A DNA stretch of 64,000 nucleotides from a candidate division FCPU426 bacterium. Lineage in GTDB: Bacteria; Oederibacteriota; Muellerivitia; Muellerivitales; Muellerivitaceae. The position numbers were made by a program, and so were the translations under genes. Location of the stretch: contig CAWHOE010000053.1 of the NCBI GenBank assembly GCA_963830915.1, positions 64,001 through 128,000 of the forward strand, written 5' to 3'. Shown here piece by piece: positions 19,587 through 30,432 of this stretch. Under the pieces are notes generated by a model. That model saw nothing but the letters and a program-made list of their open reading frames with translations. It did not search any database and was not told the origin of the DNA. The number at the start of each line of letters is the position of its first letter. Position 1 is the stretch's first letter.

Positions 19587-20384
19587 TCATTGTTTGGTCA
19601 GCTTATCCTGGACCTTGAAAATCTCCGCGCGGACCGCTCCGCTGATGGGGGACCCAGGGATTTTTTCCGCGGACCGCAGTTTCTGAAGCGCCCCTTCCAA
19701 GTCCCCCTCCTCAACCATACATAAACCCCAATAATAGAAAGACTGCGCGTCTTTTGGGTTCAACTCGGTCACCTTCTTGAACTTTTGGGCCGCCCGGTCG
19801 TACTGGCCCCAATCGTAAAGCGTCATACCCCAATCATAATAGGCGTCCACAAAAGCGGGATTAGCCTCCACGGCCTTCTGGAATTTTCCTATGGCCTCCG
19901 CCCTTTTCCCCTGTTGTCCCAGGATGATCCCCCAATCGGTATAAGCCTGGGGGTCCTTGGGATCGACCTCAAGCGCTTTTCCGCATTTTTCGATCGCCTG
20001 ATCATAGTCCCCCATCGAGACCAAGGCCTGGCTCCATTGGTAATAGACATGGGGCAACCGGGGGTCGAGTCTGGCGGCTTCCTGGTATTTCTCGCAAGCT
20101 TCGCCCAATCCTCCCATTCGGCTCAAAGCCAAACCCCAGTGATAGAAATACTTGGCGTTTTGCGGGTCCAACTCGGTCGCTTTCTGGAACTTCGACGCGG
20201 CATCCTCATACTTTCCCAGGCTTTCCAGGGTAAGACCCCAGCGGTCATAAGCATCGGTGTCGTTAGGGTTCTTTTGCAGAAGCTTTTGATATTCGGCTAT
20301 CTTTTGTTCCCCGGTCTGGGCATAGACCGATATCGGGCAAAACATCAGGAGAAAAACAAATACTGGGAAAATAATTTTCCGCAC
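19587..20384 (-). CDS. Secreted tetratricopeptide-repeat protein
   Basis: Signal peptide plus about six 34-aa repeats (AY..WG..L...G....A..KFQKA.ELDP). Confidence 0.9.
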   Translation of the reverse strand: MRKIIFPVFVFLLMFCPISVYAQTGEQKIAEYQKLLQKNPNDTDAYDRWGLTLESLGKYEDAASKFQKATELDPQNAKYFYHWGLALSRMGGLGEACEKYQEAARLDPRLPHVYYQWSQALVSMGDYDQAIEKCGKALEVDPKDPQAYTDWGIILGQQGKRAEAIGKFQKAVEANPAFVDAYYDWGMTLYDWGQYDRAAQKFKKVTELNPKDAQSFYYWGLCMVEEGDLEGALQKLRSAEKIPGSPISGAVRAEIFKVQDKLTKQ

Positions 20385-20512
20385 GAACCAACTCCAGGAG
20401 AAAACATGATCTTCAGCAAGAACAGACCGCTATTTTACTATTTTTTGCCGGTTTAAAAACCTTGTGATTTAAAAGTAACGATTGCGAAAGATCAAACCGC
20501 TAAAATAATCCT

Positions 20513-21013
20513 ATGAATTCGATCCGCCCCTATCGCCCCGATGATTTTAAATCTTGCCTGGCCATCATCAACGATGGAGCCCAGGCCTATAAAGGTGTCA
20601 TTCCATCCGACCGCTGGCATGAACCCTATATGACCCGTGAATACCTACAGGACGAGATCGAAAAAGGCGTTCGTTTCTGGGTTTATGAGGAAGATGGGAT
20701 TCCCATCGGGGTCATGGGCATCCAGAATATTCAGGACGTTACGTTAATACGCCACGCCTATGTCCGAACAGCCCATCGGCAAAAAGGCATTGGGGGAAAG
20801 CTATTGACCTTCCTGATGGAAAAGACTGAACGACCCATATTGATTGGCACCTGGGCCTCGGCCCATTGGGCCATTCGGTTCTATGAAAAATATGGATTCA
20901 AAATGGTAAGCGACACTGAGAAGAACCTTCTATTAAGAACCTATTGGTCCATCCCTGAAAGACAGGTCGAGACTTCGGTGGTCCTGGTCGATGAAAAATG
21001 GCCTAAAGTTTGA
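20513..21013 (+). CDS. GNAT family N-acetyltransferase
   Basis: HAYVRTAHRQKGIGGKLL acetyl-CoA motif, AIRFYEKYGF. Confidence 0.9.
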   Translation: MNSIRPYRPDDFKSCLAIINDGAQAYKGVIPSDRWHEPYMTREYLQDEIEKGVRFWVYEEDGIPIGVMGIQNIQDVTLIRHAYVRTAHRQKGIGGKLLTFLMEKTERPILIGTWASAHWAIRFYEKYGFKMVSDTEKNLLLRTYWSIPERQVETSVVLVDEKWPKV

Positions 21014-21126
21014 TTTTTGACGCATTCAGTTATTGGGTTTTATAGGATTTCGCTTAATTAGATATTTTGTTCAATTTTTAGGACTAAAATAACCATATGC
21101 CTGTCTAAAGGTATGCGAGGCAAAAT

Positions 21127-22437
21127 ATGACTAAGAACTTCTTAATTCTGTTCGCATTTCTTCTTTGCTTTGGATCAATCCAGGTTTATGCCCAAACTTC
21201 CCCCACAGACACACCTTCTGAAACTCCTACAGCGTCAGCGACTCCGACAGCTACAGGTTGTGCGGCCGTGGGTAACGTATTTCATATTCTGGCAAATCCC
21301 GTTTCGGGGGGCACTACTGTTGGAATTTCGGGCCAGATTGAAAACGCTGGTATACCAGGAACATTATGTACCGATTCATATTATTACGTTACTTCTATAA
21401 CCTTTAGTTTTACTCTCACCGGAAATCTTTCTACTGAAATCCAGCAGGTTCAGCTTTGGGATTATTGGGGAGGCTCTCTATTAGCTTCCGGCCCCTTGTT
21501 GGGGAACTCGATCACTTTTACCGGCTCACCCTTATTTGGTACAGGTTATGTCTTGGCTTTTGTACTCTCTCCAATCGCTTCAGGAACAATAGACACATCC
21601 ATTCCGTGGAGTCCATACGGGGGCATTCAAGGTTATGGTAATTCCGGCTTCTTCTATGTTGGTGGCGATCCTGATAGCGGAATTCTCACTGTGAATCCTG
21701 CAATAACTGCGACTCCAATAACGGCCAGCCCCACTCTCACGAACACACCTGTCGCGACCGATACACCGACTAACTCCAGTACCCCAACAATGACCAACAC
21801 ACCTACCAGCTCGGCTTCTTCCACCAATACGGTCACATCCACATTCACTTTCACCACTACTTCTTCTCCAACATATACCGGTACCCCAACGAATTCTTTT
21901 ACCCCTACCGATTCTGCCACTTCCACCATGACCAACACTCCTACGTCCACCCCAACCTGTTCCTACACAGCTACCATTTCAGACACCCCAACGATCACCG
22001 ACACTCCAACAAATACTTATACATCTACCAATACACCCAGCCCAACGATGACTTCTACCCCAACTTTCAGCCCCACTATCACGGATACACCCACCATAAC
22101 CGACACACCGACCATGACTTCAACTATAACTTTATCACCAACTTCGACCTACGTTTCTCCTTCAGTGCCCGTCCTTTATCCAAATCCGTCGGATGGTATT
22201 CACCCTGTCCTTTTAATGCTCCCTCCCCATTCTCTTGTCTCGACCGTAAAAGTGAAGGTCTATACCGTGGGGTTGAGAAAAATCCGGGAATACACCTTCT
22301 CGCATCCAACACCAGGCTCAAGTCTATCGTTAGATTTAAAAGATAGCGGGGGAAAATCTTTGTCGAGCGGACTTTACTACTTATCGGTTAATGCTTCCGG
22401 TAAAATTTCCATCGTGAAATTGCTTATCATTCGATAA
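21127..22437 (+). CDS. Secreted protein: unknown N-domain, Thr/Pro linker, T9SS-like CTD
   Basis: Signal peptide, T/P-rich linker, YPNP...YTVGLRK...LKDSGG...GLYY...KLLIIR. Confidence 0.82.
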   Translation: MTKNFLILFAFLLCFGSIQVYAQTSPTDTPSETPTASATPTATGCAAVGNVFHILANPVSGGTTVGISGQIENAGIPGTLCTDSYYYVTSITFSFTLTGNLSTEIQQVQLWDYWGGSLLASGPLLGNSITFTGSPLFGTGYVLAFVLSPIASGTIDTSIPWSPYGGIQGYGNSGFFYVGGDPDSGILTVNPAITATPITASPTLTNTPVATDTPTNSSTPTMTNTPTSSASSTNTVTSTFTFTTTSSPTYTGTPTNSFTPTDSATSTMTNTPTSTPTCSYTATISDTPTITDTPTNTYTSTNTPSPTMTSTPTFSPTITDTPTITDTPTMTSTITLSPTSTYVSPSVPVLYPNPSDGIHPVLLMLPPHSLVSTVKVKVYTVGLRKIREYTFSHPTPGSSLSLDLKDSGGKSLSSGLYYLSVNASGKISIVKLLIIR

Positions 22438-22451
22438 GCAAAACCAACTAT

Positions 22452-23585
22452 TCAACCTTCCGGTTGGTAAAAGGACTTCACCGCTTGAAGGATGCGTTTG
22501 TGGATCTCGCTCACCACTTCCGCGCTGGTTTTCGCTTTCTGGAAATTTTGGTTCACTTCCAGGGCCTTTCGAACTTCCCTCAACGAGCCATCCACGATCA
22601 GACTGGATTTCACCAATTGCGCGATGCCATAATGCAGGTGCAGATCGGCATAGTTGGGATTCTCTTTGACCAGTTTTTCTAACCTCCCAATGTAAGCTTC
22701 CGTCTCCTGCATCCCGACTTCCTGGTCTTGATATAGAAGTTTTAGGACATAGAGATAAATAGTTTCCGACCCTGTCTTGGAAATGTATTTGGGGCGGGAA
22801 TCCAACAAGGTTTGATAAACTTTCGTGAAATCCTCTCCGGCCAGCCCATCCAACGCTCCCTGAACCTCCTCGTTCATCATCCGGGGATTCGCCTGCAACG
22901 CCATCTTCGCTTCTGTCTGGGCCTCCGACAGATAGCTTTGGACCGTTGGTTCGTCCATCTGGCCTTTTTTCTGGGCCAATAATCCCATATCGGCCGTGGC
23001 CATTTTCCAATGAGCCTCGGCGTAGGCCGGATTGATCTCCAGGGCTTTAAGATAACAATTCCTCGCCTGCTCGAAATCGCCCAAGTACAAATTGACATTC
23101 CCCAGATAGAAAAGCATGTCAGGATAGCCGGGCGCTGTCGACAAGGCAGTTTCCAGGACCGTTTTGGCGTTCTCGAAATCCTCCAAAAGGATCAGGGAGA
23201 TACCCTCGTATTTGGAAGCCTGGACATGAAGAGGATTCAGCTCCAGGGCTTTCTTGAATTGGCGAAGAGCGTCCGAAAAGAAACCGAAAGAAAGGAGCGA
23301 TACCCCGACCATAAAACAAACATCCGGCGTGGGATTCTCGTTAGATTTCCCCCGGATATTGAAGATGGTCTGGATCTCACCGACAAGGGTATCGTGATTC
23401 TGGGAGATCAGGTCGCTGCCATCCTCCTGGGTTCCGGGAATGATGTTCCATTCCCGTTGGCAGACATATTGGCCATTGGATTGAACGGTGGAGACAAGCT
23501 GCTTTTGCGCTGGGTCGAGGGAAGTCTCAATGGAGAGCTTCTTGTCGTCGATCTCCACCATGGTTCTTAAGGGTTGGTTTTTCAA
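22452..23585 (-). CDS. Tetratricopeptide-repeat protein
   Basis: Repeats such as A..QFKKALELNP, YPDMLFYLGN...A...YLKALEINPAY, YADLH...G. Confidence 0.82.
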   Translation of the reverse strand: MKNQPLRTMVEIDDKKLSIETSLDPAQKQLVSTVQSNGQYVCQREWNIIPGTQEDGSDLISQNHDTLVGEIQTIFNIRGKSNENPTPDVCFMVGVSLLSFGFFSDALRQFKKALELNPLHVQASKYEGISLILLEDFENAKTVLETALSTAPGYPDMLFYLGNVNLYLGDFEQARNCYLKALEINPAYAEAHWKMATADMGLLAQKKGQMDEPTVQSYLSEAQTEAKMALQANPRMMNEEVQGALDGLAGEDFTKVYQTLLDSRPKYISKTGSETIYLYVLKLLYQDQEVGMQETEAYIGRLEKLVKENPNYADLHLHYGIAQLVKSSLIVDGSLREVRKALEVNQNFQKAKTSAEVVSEIHKRILQAVKSFYQPEG

Positions 23586-23695
23586 GGTGTTCCCTTTGAT
23601 GAGAAACTACCCTTAATTGTAGGCCCAAGGTAATGCGGTTACCATTGGATATTTACCTGTTATTTCCCGCATTTATGAACGGATGGGATCAGGGT

Positions 23696-23751
23696 AAAAA
23701 AAAAGACCGGCGAGCAGGCTTTCTGCCTGTCCGACGGTCCTTTTCTTTTTT
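23696..23751 (-). terminator. Probable terminator hairpin after the etf operon
   Basis: Imperfect stem GACCG..GCAGGC-TTTCT-GCCTGT..CGGTC flanked by A and T tracts just past the etfA stop. Confidence 0.55.
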
Positions 23752-23757
23752 CGAGGA

Positions 23758-24771
23758 TCAACCTAATAGTTCGTTGACCTTTTCCATGACCTTGAAGGCG
23801 TCGGCGACATAAAGGATGTCGGCCTTGCCCTGGGCCCACCCACAATTGGGATTGAGATTGACCGCCCGGCGCTCATTAACAAAACGCCAGCCCACCGTAT
23901 GGGGCTCTTCCCCATGACAGCAGGTCGCCAGTCCCTTGGGATGGCGGGGTGTGGAACCCGTCTGCCCGACCTGGTTCAGGTGGCTCATGAAGGTCATGAC
24001 CGCCCCTTCCCCGCTCTGGTCCACCAGTGACTTGCTGCTTCCCAGGGAGGACTGGGTCTTGTCCAGGAAACCCAGGATGAGCTTTTCGGCTTCCGGCAGA
24101 TGTACCTGCCCGTCCGCCTGCTTTTTCCCCCAACCGGCTCCTGCTACGAACAACAGATTCGCGTCAGGACGAATGGTCTGGGTGCCTGAGGAGGGCGACC
24201 TTAAGCCCTCCACTTTGCTTTTGGAAGCTGGCGCTGTAAAAGAAACCTTTTCGGCGGCCAAAGTACCGCTTCCCGTCATGGCCGGATAAGTTCCGGCATC
24301 GACCGTCAGGAACCAAGGCCTTTGGGTCCTTTTGACCTGGCTGGACATGCGTTGACGGTATAACCAACGGGTCACTAGGGGAACTCCGCCCTCGGCAGTA
24401 ACCTCGGTCAGATGGGTATCGACCTTGCCGCCCACCCTCTGGGACACACCGGCGATGATCCTCTGCATCCGGGAAGAGGCCGGGGCGAGAACGATGGTGG
24501 CGCCCGAGGCTTTTACCAACGCCTCACAAGCCGCGGCGTCAGTGGAATAACGGGCTTGGGCCAGGGTTCCGTCCTCGACCGTCAGGGCTTTCTCGAAACC
24601 AGCCCCCGCCAATTGGGCAGGAGCCTCTATTTTTCCCCCGAAAAGTCCGGCGACCAACTTGGCCCCGCCCAGGCCCTCGGACAGTTTCTTGGCGGCGGAA
24701 GCCGCTTCCAATCCGGCTTTAGCGATCTTCCCATCGGCCTCGACGGCCGTCAGTAAAAGAATGGTTTCCAT
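23758..24771 (-). CDS. etfA: Electron transfer flavoprotein alpha subunit (divergent)
   Basis: ETF-alpha layout, QVGQTG motif, AD..YVADAF.V tail; lies downstream of etfB. Confidence 0.82.
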   Translation of the reverse strand: METILLLTAVEADGKIAKAGLEAASAAKKLSEGLGGAKLVAGLFGGKIEAPAQLAGAGFEKALTVEDGTLAQARYSTDAAACEALVKASGATIVLAPASSRMQRIIAGVSQRVGGKVDTHLTEVTAEGGVPLVTRWLYRQRMSSQVKRTQRPWFLTVDAGTYPAMTGSGTLAAEKVSFTAPASKSKVEGLRSPSSGTQTIRPDANLLFVAGAGWGKKQADGQVHLPEAEKLILGFLDKTQSSLGSSKSLVDQSGEGAVMTFMSHLNQVGQTGSTPRHPKGLATCCHGEEPHTVGWRFVNERRAVNLNPNCGWAQGKADILYVADAFKVMEKVNELLG

Positions 24772-24783
24772 TTCTAATGTCCT

Positions 24784-25593
24784 TTATTTGGTTTTGATCC
24801 AGTCCACTATTTCCTTTGCGACCTGTTCCACCGGCATGTCCTTGATGACCTTGGTATCCCTCTTTTGTTTGGGCAGGACCACCGATTGGAAGGTAAGCCC
24901 TTCCCCGGTAAGCTTCACGGCCTTCGCTTTTTGCAAGGTAGGCATAAGTGTCTTCATGTTGGCCATCCCCACCTGGGGATTGTTGGGCGGTTCAGCCAGA
25001 TTGCCCGTGGCCCAGCCCACGACCGCGGGGGGGCCGGAGAGGACGGAAACTTGATGCTTCCCTCCCTCTACCCTTTCCAATATCTCCATTGAGCCGTCGC
25101 TGTTGACCTTCAATTGATCCACGCCCTGGAATTGCTCTGTCAGCCCAAGCTTCTCTCCCAGGATAGCCAAGGTCGCGCCGGCTCCCCGGGAAGCCGATTC
25201 CCAACCGCCAAAAAGAAGCAGGTTGTTTTTATCAAGACCGGGAATGGCCTGGATGGCTTCCGCCAAGGCCGAGGCGCACTCGCCCGGGTCGGTGAAGCCG
25301 TTGGCTGGGGCGTCCACAGGAACCAGTTCGAAAGGGGCTTTCTGGGCCAGGGCCATCATGACCTGCTGGATCTTTCCTTTAGGGGCCGCGCAGGCCAGGT
25401 AGACCTTGCTTCCCGCGTTGGCTTTCGCCAGGGCCGAGGCCTCATAAAGGGCGCTGGCCGCCCAAGGGTCCAGGATGGCGGGCAGCATGGCCTCGTTCTT
25501 CAGGCTCGGGCCCGTGGGACCGGTCACCGGTTCCAGGGTCTGTAGCGGATCTGGCACCAACCCCCCGCAAACGACGATGTGATAAGCACCCAT
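24784..25593 (-). CDS. etfB: Electron transfer flavoprotein beta subunit
   Basis: IVVCGGLVPDP, LDPW...ALYEA, ERVEGG...V...P.VV; AAGGAG SD before the ATG at 25593. Confidence 0.85.
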   Translation of the reverse strand: MGAYHIVVCGGLVPDPLQTLEPVTGPTGPSLKNEAMLPAILDPWAASALYEASALAKANAGSKVYLACAAPKGKIQQVMMALAQKAPFELVPVDAPANGFTDPGECASALAEAIQAIPGLDKNNLLLFGGWESASRGAGATLAILGEKLGLTEQFQGVDQLKVNSDGSMEILERVEGGKHQVSVLSGPPAVVGWATGNLAEPPNNPQVGMANMKTLMPTLQKAKAVKLTGEGLTFQSVVLPKQKRDTKVIKDMPVEQVAKEIVDWIKTK

Positions 25594-25663
25594 GAATTTC
25601 TCCTTGTTCGAATTAAGCCGTCCTTGAATGACGGCATTGGAAAAAACCACTGCCAAAAATTTC

Positions 25664-25734
25664 ACCACAGAGGTACAGAGACATAACTTTTAATGATTAA
25701 TTATTTAAAAGCTGAGTCTATGTGTCTCTGTGGT
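25664..25734. repeat. REP-like inverted repeat (ACCACAGAG family)
   Basis: ACCACAGAGGTACAGAGAC ... GTCTATGTGTCTCTGTGGT arms around an AT-rich self-complementary core. Confidence 0.75.
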
Positions 25735-25754
25735 AAAAATTCCTGATATGACGG

Positions 25755-27614
25755 CTAGTTTTCCGCCGAGTGCAGACCACCTGCGCCTGCCCGGAAGTCC
25801 AGGTTGGTCTTTCCGGTCACGGCCTCGAAGAGCTCGACGCAATTCCAGATACAGGCTCCACAATGGACGCATTTCTCGCGGTCGAAAGCCGGCACTCCGC
25901 CGTCCCCCACCGCCAGGGCCTGGCCCGAGCACATGGCCACGCAAAGCTTACGGTCGCAGGTCTTGCAAAGCTCGGGCTTCAGGATGACCACATGGTCGGC
26001 GAAACCGGGGGGAGCCTGGACCTTGCCTCCCATCAACAAAGCGTCCTGTTGGGACACCAGAAGCTTTCCATCCATCTCGATCTGGGGCCAACCAGCCTTT
26101 TCCATCAAGGCTTCATGGAAACCCATATTGTTATTCTCAGCCTGCTTGAGGATCGAGGCGATCTCCTCCGGGGGGATCCTTCCCTTGTAATAGTCCTCGA
26201 CCTTGGGGATCCGCTGGTGGGGCGGCAGGGGCTTGGAGGGCCAGGAAAGGGCGCCGCCCGAGAACCCCGCCAGTGCCATCCCCAGCATTCCCTGGACGAA
26301 ACCACTCTGGAAACCATTGCGGGCCTTCTCGGCCGTGACCCCTTCTTGATGCACCCAACTGTTGCGGCGGTGCTTCACGTATGTCTGTTCCAGGTCCACT
26401 TTCCCGAAAGGCTTGTTCATCCTTAAAAGTTCCAGGACCCCTTCGGCCAATTGGACTCCCGTAGCCCAGGCCTCGTCCACACCCGAGCCCGTCAGGACGT
26501 TGGTGGAACCGGACCCTTCACCTATCCGGGCAAAACCGTCGCCCACCAGATAGGGTTCCCCCATCATTCCCGACTCTTGCAGGGACTTGGCGCCCCAGGA
26601 CCGGAGGGTGGATCCCTCCAGATGCTTCCAGAGGGCTGGATGTTTCATCCAATGTTGTAAGTACTTGTATCCGGTACGGGCTGGGTTATCGAACCAGGAC
26701 GGCACGAAGATTCCGGCGGTGGCGACATTGCCGGGGAAAACATAGAGGAAGCCGAAGATCTCCGGTTCGGGATACCCGAAAGTGTGCAGGACCATGCCGG
26801 GTTTGAGTTTGGTGTCCGGCGGCAGGTCCACGACCACCTTCATCCCCACGGCCCATTCGTACTGGTGGTGGTTCGGGGGTAAACCCAGTTTGTTATCGAG
26901 CTGGCGGCCGATCGGCCCCACCGGCCCGTCCCCGACGACCGTCAGGGCGGCTTTGATATCCATGCCGGGCATGAAGCCCGCCTCAGGGTTACCTTTTTTA
27001 TCGACCCCCTGGTCGGCCATCCGAACTCCCACGACCTTGCCGTTTTCGAAGAGCGCCTCAGCGACCGGAGTCCCGGGCCATATCTGCATCATCCCCGACA
27101 TCATCAATTGGGAACCGACCCATTGGTTGAACTGTCCCAGGGAGAAAGCCAATCCGTCCTTCTTGTGCAGGAAGGGGGGGATATAAGGCAGGGCCATGGC
27201 CTTATCTTTGGTCAGCCCGGGAATGATTTTCAGGAAAAAGTCTGCGACCTTCACCAGGAAGGGCCTTCGGCTGGCGCCGATCGGATCCAGGAGATAGAGG
27301 ACTTCCTCTCCCGTGACGGGTGAGAACAGGGGAACGTTCTCGGGATTCAGATCGGGGAAAGAAGCCTTGATCGCCCTTGCGCGCGTGACCACACCCGAGA
27401 CCCCGTAGGAAAAATCATCCGCCCTTTCGTAGCAAAGCACCTGGAGGGGCGAACCCGGCGTTACCCGGCTCTCGAAGGCGGGAGTGCCGTCTTCCTTGAT
27501 CATACCCTTGGCAAGCGTGGTCAGGAACCCGCCGGTAGCGGGACCAAAACCCACGCAGACGATATCGGCTTCCATCGTCTGGCGTTCGACCGCTTGGGAG
27601 TTGTTCTCGCTCAC
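25755..27614 (-). CDS. ETF:quinone oxidoreductase-like flavoprotein with fused 4Fe-4S ferredoxin (FixC-FixX type)
   Basis: DIVCVGFGPATGG FAD motif, GVRMADQGVDK.G....F.PG, C-terminal CKTC...C..MC...CVHCGACIWNC. Confidence 0.88.
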   Translation of the reverse strand: MSENNSQAVERQTMEADIVCVGFGPATGGFLTTLAKGMIKEDGTPAFESRVTPGSPLQVLCYERADDFSYGVSGVVTRARAIKASFPDLNPENVPLFSPVTGEEVLYLLDPIGASRRPFLVKVADFFLKIIPGLTKDKAMALPYIPPFLHKKDGLAFSLGQFNQWVGSQLMMSGMMQIWPGTPVAEALFENGKVVGVRMADQGVDKKGNPEAGFMPGMDIKAALTVVGDGPVGPIGRQLDNKLGLPPNHHQYEWAVGMKVVVDLPPDTKLKPGMVLHTFGYPEPEIFGFLYVFPGNVATAGIFVPSWFDNPARTGYKYLQHWMKHPALWKHLEGSTLRSWGAKSLQESGMMGEPYLVGDGFARIGEGSGSTNVLTGSGVDEAWATGVQLAEGVLELLRMNKPFGKVDLEQTYVKHRRNSWVHQEGVTAEKARNGFQSGFVQGMLGMALAGFSGGALSWPSKPLPPHQRIPKVEDYYKGRIPPEEIASILKQAENNNMGFHEALMEKAGWPQIEMDGKLLVSQQDALLMGGKVQAPPGFADHVVILKPELCKTCDRKLCVAMCSGQALAVGDGGVPAFDREKCVHCGACIWNCVELFEAVTGKTNLDFRAGAGGLHSAEN

Positions 27615-27624
27615 TGACTTAGTC

Positions 27625-29878
27625 TCATTGCGGATAGTCGAGAGCTTCGGGGATCATCACCTTGGTCAAGGCGTCGGCCGCCCGGTCCTTGGCCAATCGG
27701 CTTCCGGTCAGGCAGGCGTCCAGTCTGGTACGCAGGCTGGTGAAGGTCTCCAAACCCGTCAATTTGACGCAGGGTCCGCGTTTGGCTGGATGATGGTTCT
27801 CTCCGTCCAATACGTCCGAATAACCCAGAGCGCCGCTCTCGATGCCGGGCATATAATTTTCCAGCCCAGCCAACTCGGCTTCGTTGAAACAGGTCATGCA
27901 GCCTTGGGCGTCCCATTCCGGGTGCTGATTGTACCCATAGACCAACTCGGCGCAGATGCGTCCGGCCTCACCCGCGGCGCGTGCGGCTTGGACCTGGCAC
28001 AGATCGGTCAGGAAAGCCATGGTGCCTGGCAGACCCTCGGCCAGGTTCGGATTGGACGGTCCCTTTTCTTCCAGTTCCAGCAAATCCAGTATCTGGCTGC
28101 GCGCGGCCAACAGCCAGGAAAGGGCGTCGGCCATGGGGAAGGTCACGCCCTGGCGGTTGGATTGGTACAGCTTGTGACCGCTGGCGTCCTCCGACTCTTG
28201 GAGGTGGTTCAGGGTCCACAGCCATAATTGCATGGCCGAACTCAAGGAGCAGGCGCCCGTCTCGGGCTTGGTGCCGGCGATGGACTTCAAGTCCAGGATC
28301 CAATGCTTGTACTGTTCCAGGAAAAGCGGTTGGGTCATGGTCATGGACATCTGGCGCCGCTGAACGGCTTCCGGACCCTCATAAGTGGCTTCCAACTGGG
28401 CGTCCATCCACTTGTGGCCCAGGAAACCCGGACAATCCTCGGTGATGCCGTAACCGCCCATCAGGCTCACGGCTTCCCGCAGGGCGTTGGCGCCCTCGCC
28501 CGTGTTCCAGAGCTTGGTGGCGGGACACATGACGTTGGCCAATGATTCCAGGATGGCGTATTGGACCAAGGTATCTTTTTCCAGCGCTTCGAATTGGGAC
28601 TTATTGCGGCGGCCCACCGGCATACGGGTCATCCGAAGGTATTCCAGGCTCTTTTCCTCGGCTTTGGCCATCTCTTTCATGACGGACCGGGCACCCTTGA
28701 CCCCTTTATCCGCCAGGATCTTGTCCTTCGCCCTTTCCAGGGGATCCAATTGGTCGTATAGCCGGGTGGTGGCGAAACCCAGCGAGGCTCCCGCCTCGCC
28801 CATGGCCCAAACATCGACCAACCGATGGAGGGCGTCCTGCTTGGTCTGGATACCTAGATCGTAACGGGGTGTTCCTGGCCGTGGCCTGGGTGCTGCCCCG
28901 GAACCTTTGGCGGTGATAACGGATGACCGGCTCAACGGCCGACAAAAGCTTGGCCGCGGTCATGAGGCCGACGGTAACACGGGTACGTTTGAATACCGCG
29001 TCAATTACCTCGCCGTGGCTGTAATTGGGAACGATCATGCCGTCCTTGACCGTATAGCCGCCCACGATGCGGGAGGCCGGTATCTTCACATGGAAGATCG
29101 GGTCCCGGGTGGACGAGAGCTGGTGGACAAGCTTCTTGGTGACGGCGCCCCGGTCGAAAACCCCCGGGTCGGTCTCTTCCAGGATGATCATGCAGGAGGA
29201 CTTGATGCGAGCGTCATCCGTATCGACGGCGGCAGTTATGAAATTGGCGTAGTCCATGTTGGTGATGAAACGTCCTCGTTTCTCCACTTCCAGGAGCGGT
29301 TCCTTCCCTTCTTTCCACTCAGCCACCCGCACCTTACCGCACAACATGCCCGTCTCCACGCCCACATAAGGAAGGGGTTCGGTCAGGGCGAAGGCCGCCC
29401 TTTGGGTCTTGCGGGCTTCTCCCGGCTTCGCGGGCGAAGCCAGGCTCATGTAATGTTTCACCTGCTCGGGGGTTCCCCGCTCATGGATGGGGGCCAATCC
29501 CAAGTTCCCGGCCAGGGATGCCGTGGCCGCCCCGCCGTCCACCCAGGCCAGCTCAAAGGCCACCAGGGCCATGACCAGGTTCTTAGGACCTTCCAACATG
29601 CCGCCATATTCGGGTTCCAAGAAAGCGGCAGTGATTCCGGACTCGTCATAGGTAGCTAAAAGGGAATTCTTGGCCTCGGTCCATTCGTGACTATTGCGCA
29701 CGCCCTGGGCCACCAGCCGGGCGACCGGCCCGCGGGCTACCGCTCGGGAGGATTGGACAAGCATTTGATAGTCGAAACGGTCGGCGTAGCGCCACATGAT
29801 CTGCCGGATTTCGTCCCCTGGCAGGGTCTGCAAGATCGGCCTTATGGTTGATTTTTCCGAAGTTGGGCTGTTAGACAT
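27625..29878 (-). pseudogene. Large acyl-CoA dehydrogenase split by a 1-nt insertion near 28880 (real lesion or sequencing error)
   Basis: N-half (ELAWVDGG, AFALTEP, GRFITN) and C-half (ATKLWNT, AVSLMGGYG, ATYEGPEAVQR) lie in different frames and join as RFRGSTQAT-PGTPRY when one base is removed. Confidence 0.85.
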
Positions 29879-30432
29879 GGGGGTCTCCCTCACTTGTGTA
29901 ATGTATGTTTGATCGGTGGATTAAAAAGGCCCGGCCATCCTCTATCAGGGCTCCATGTTATGGATTATTGGGGTTTTCAATATGATTTAAATCAGCAGAA
30001 TATGAATCATTTGGGGAATATAAGACCGAAATTTAAAAGCTTTTTTCCAAAATACACCTGGCAAAAGGCCAAATGAAATTGGCCTTTGATATATCCATAA
30101 ACTGTCACGCCAGTTGGCCCCGATATTCCAAAACAAAAATAAACTTCACAGCATCCTCGTGATCCATGCCGAACCACGATCCTGACCGGATATTTCTTTT
30201 GCCTTCGGACAATTCCCTTTTGAACTGGATCCGCCCAATATCCCCATGCCCCCCAAGGCGGAACTATTCCAAGTAATCCGGCTTACAAAAATGTAAAAAA
30301 TATTATTTTTCAGCCGTTTAACCTTGATGAATACGCTTTCACGGCCAGGGGGATTATTTTTCGTTGGATTTATGACCTATAATATTCGCTCTGATTGAAC
30401 TCAGAAAAATAACTTTTTCAACGGAACCTTAT

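Noticed and set aside
30058..30090. GGCAAA-stem-GAAA hairpin resembling the start of a c-di-GMP-I riboswitch
   Set aside because: The following GACGCAAA and second stem are absent; treated as a simple hairpin.
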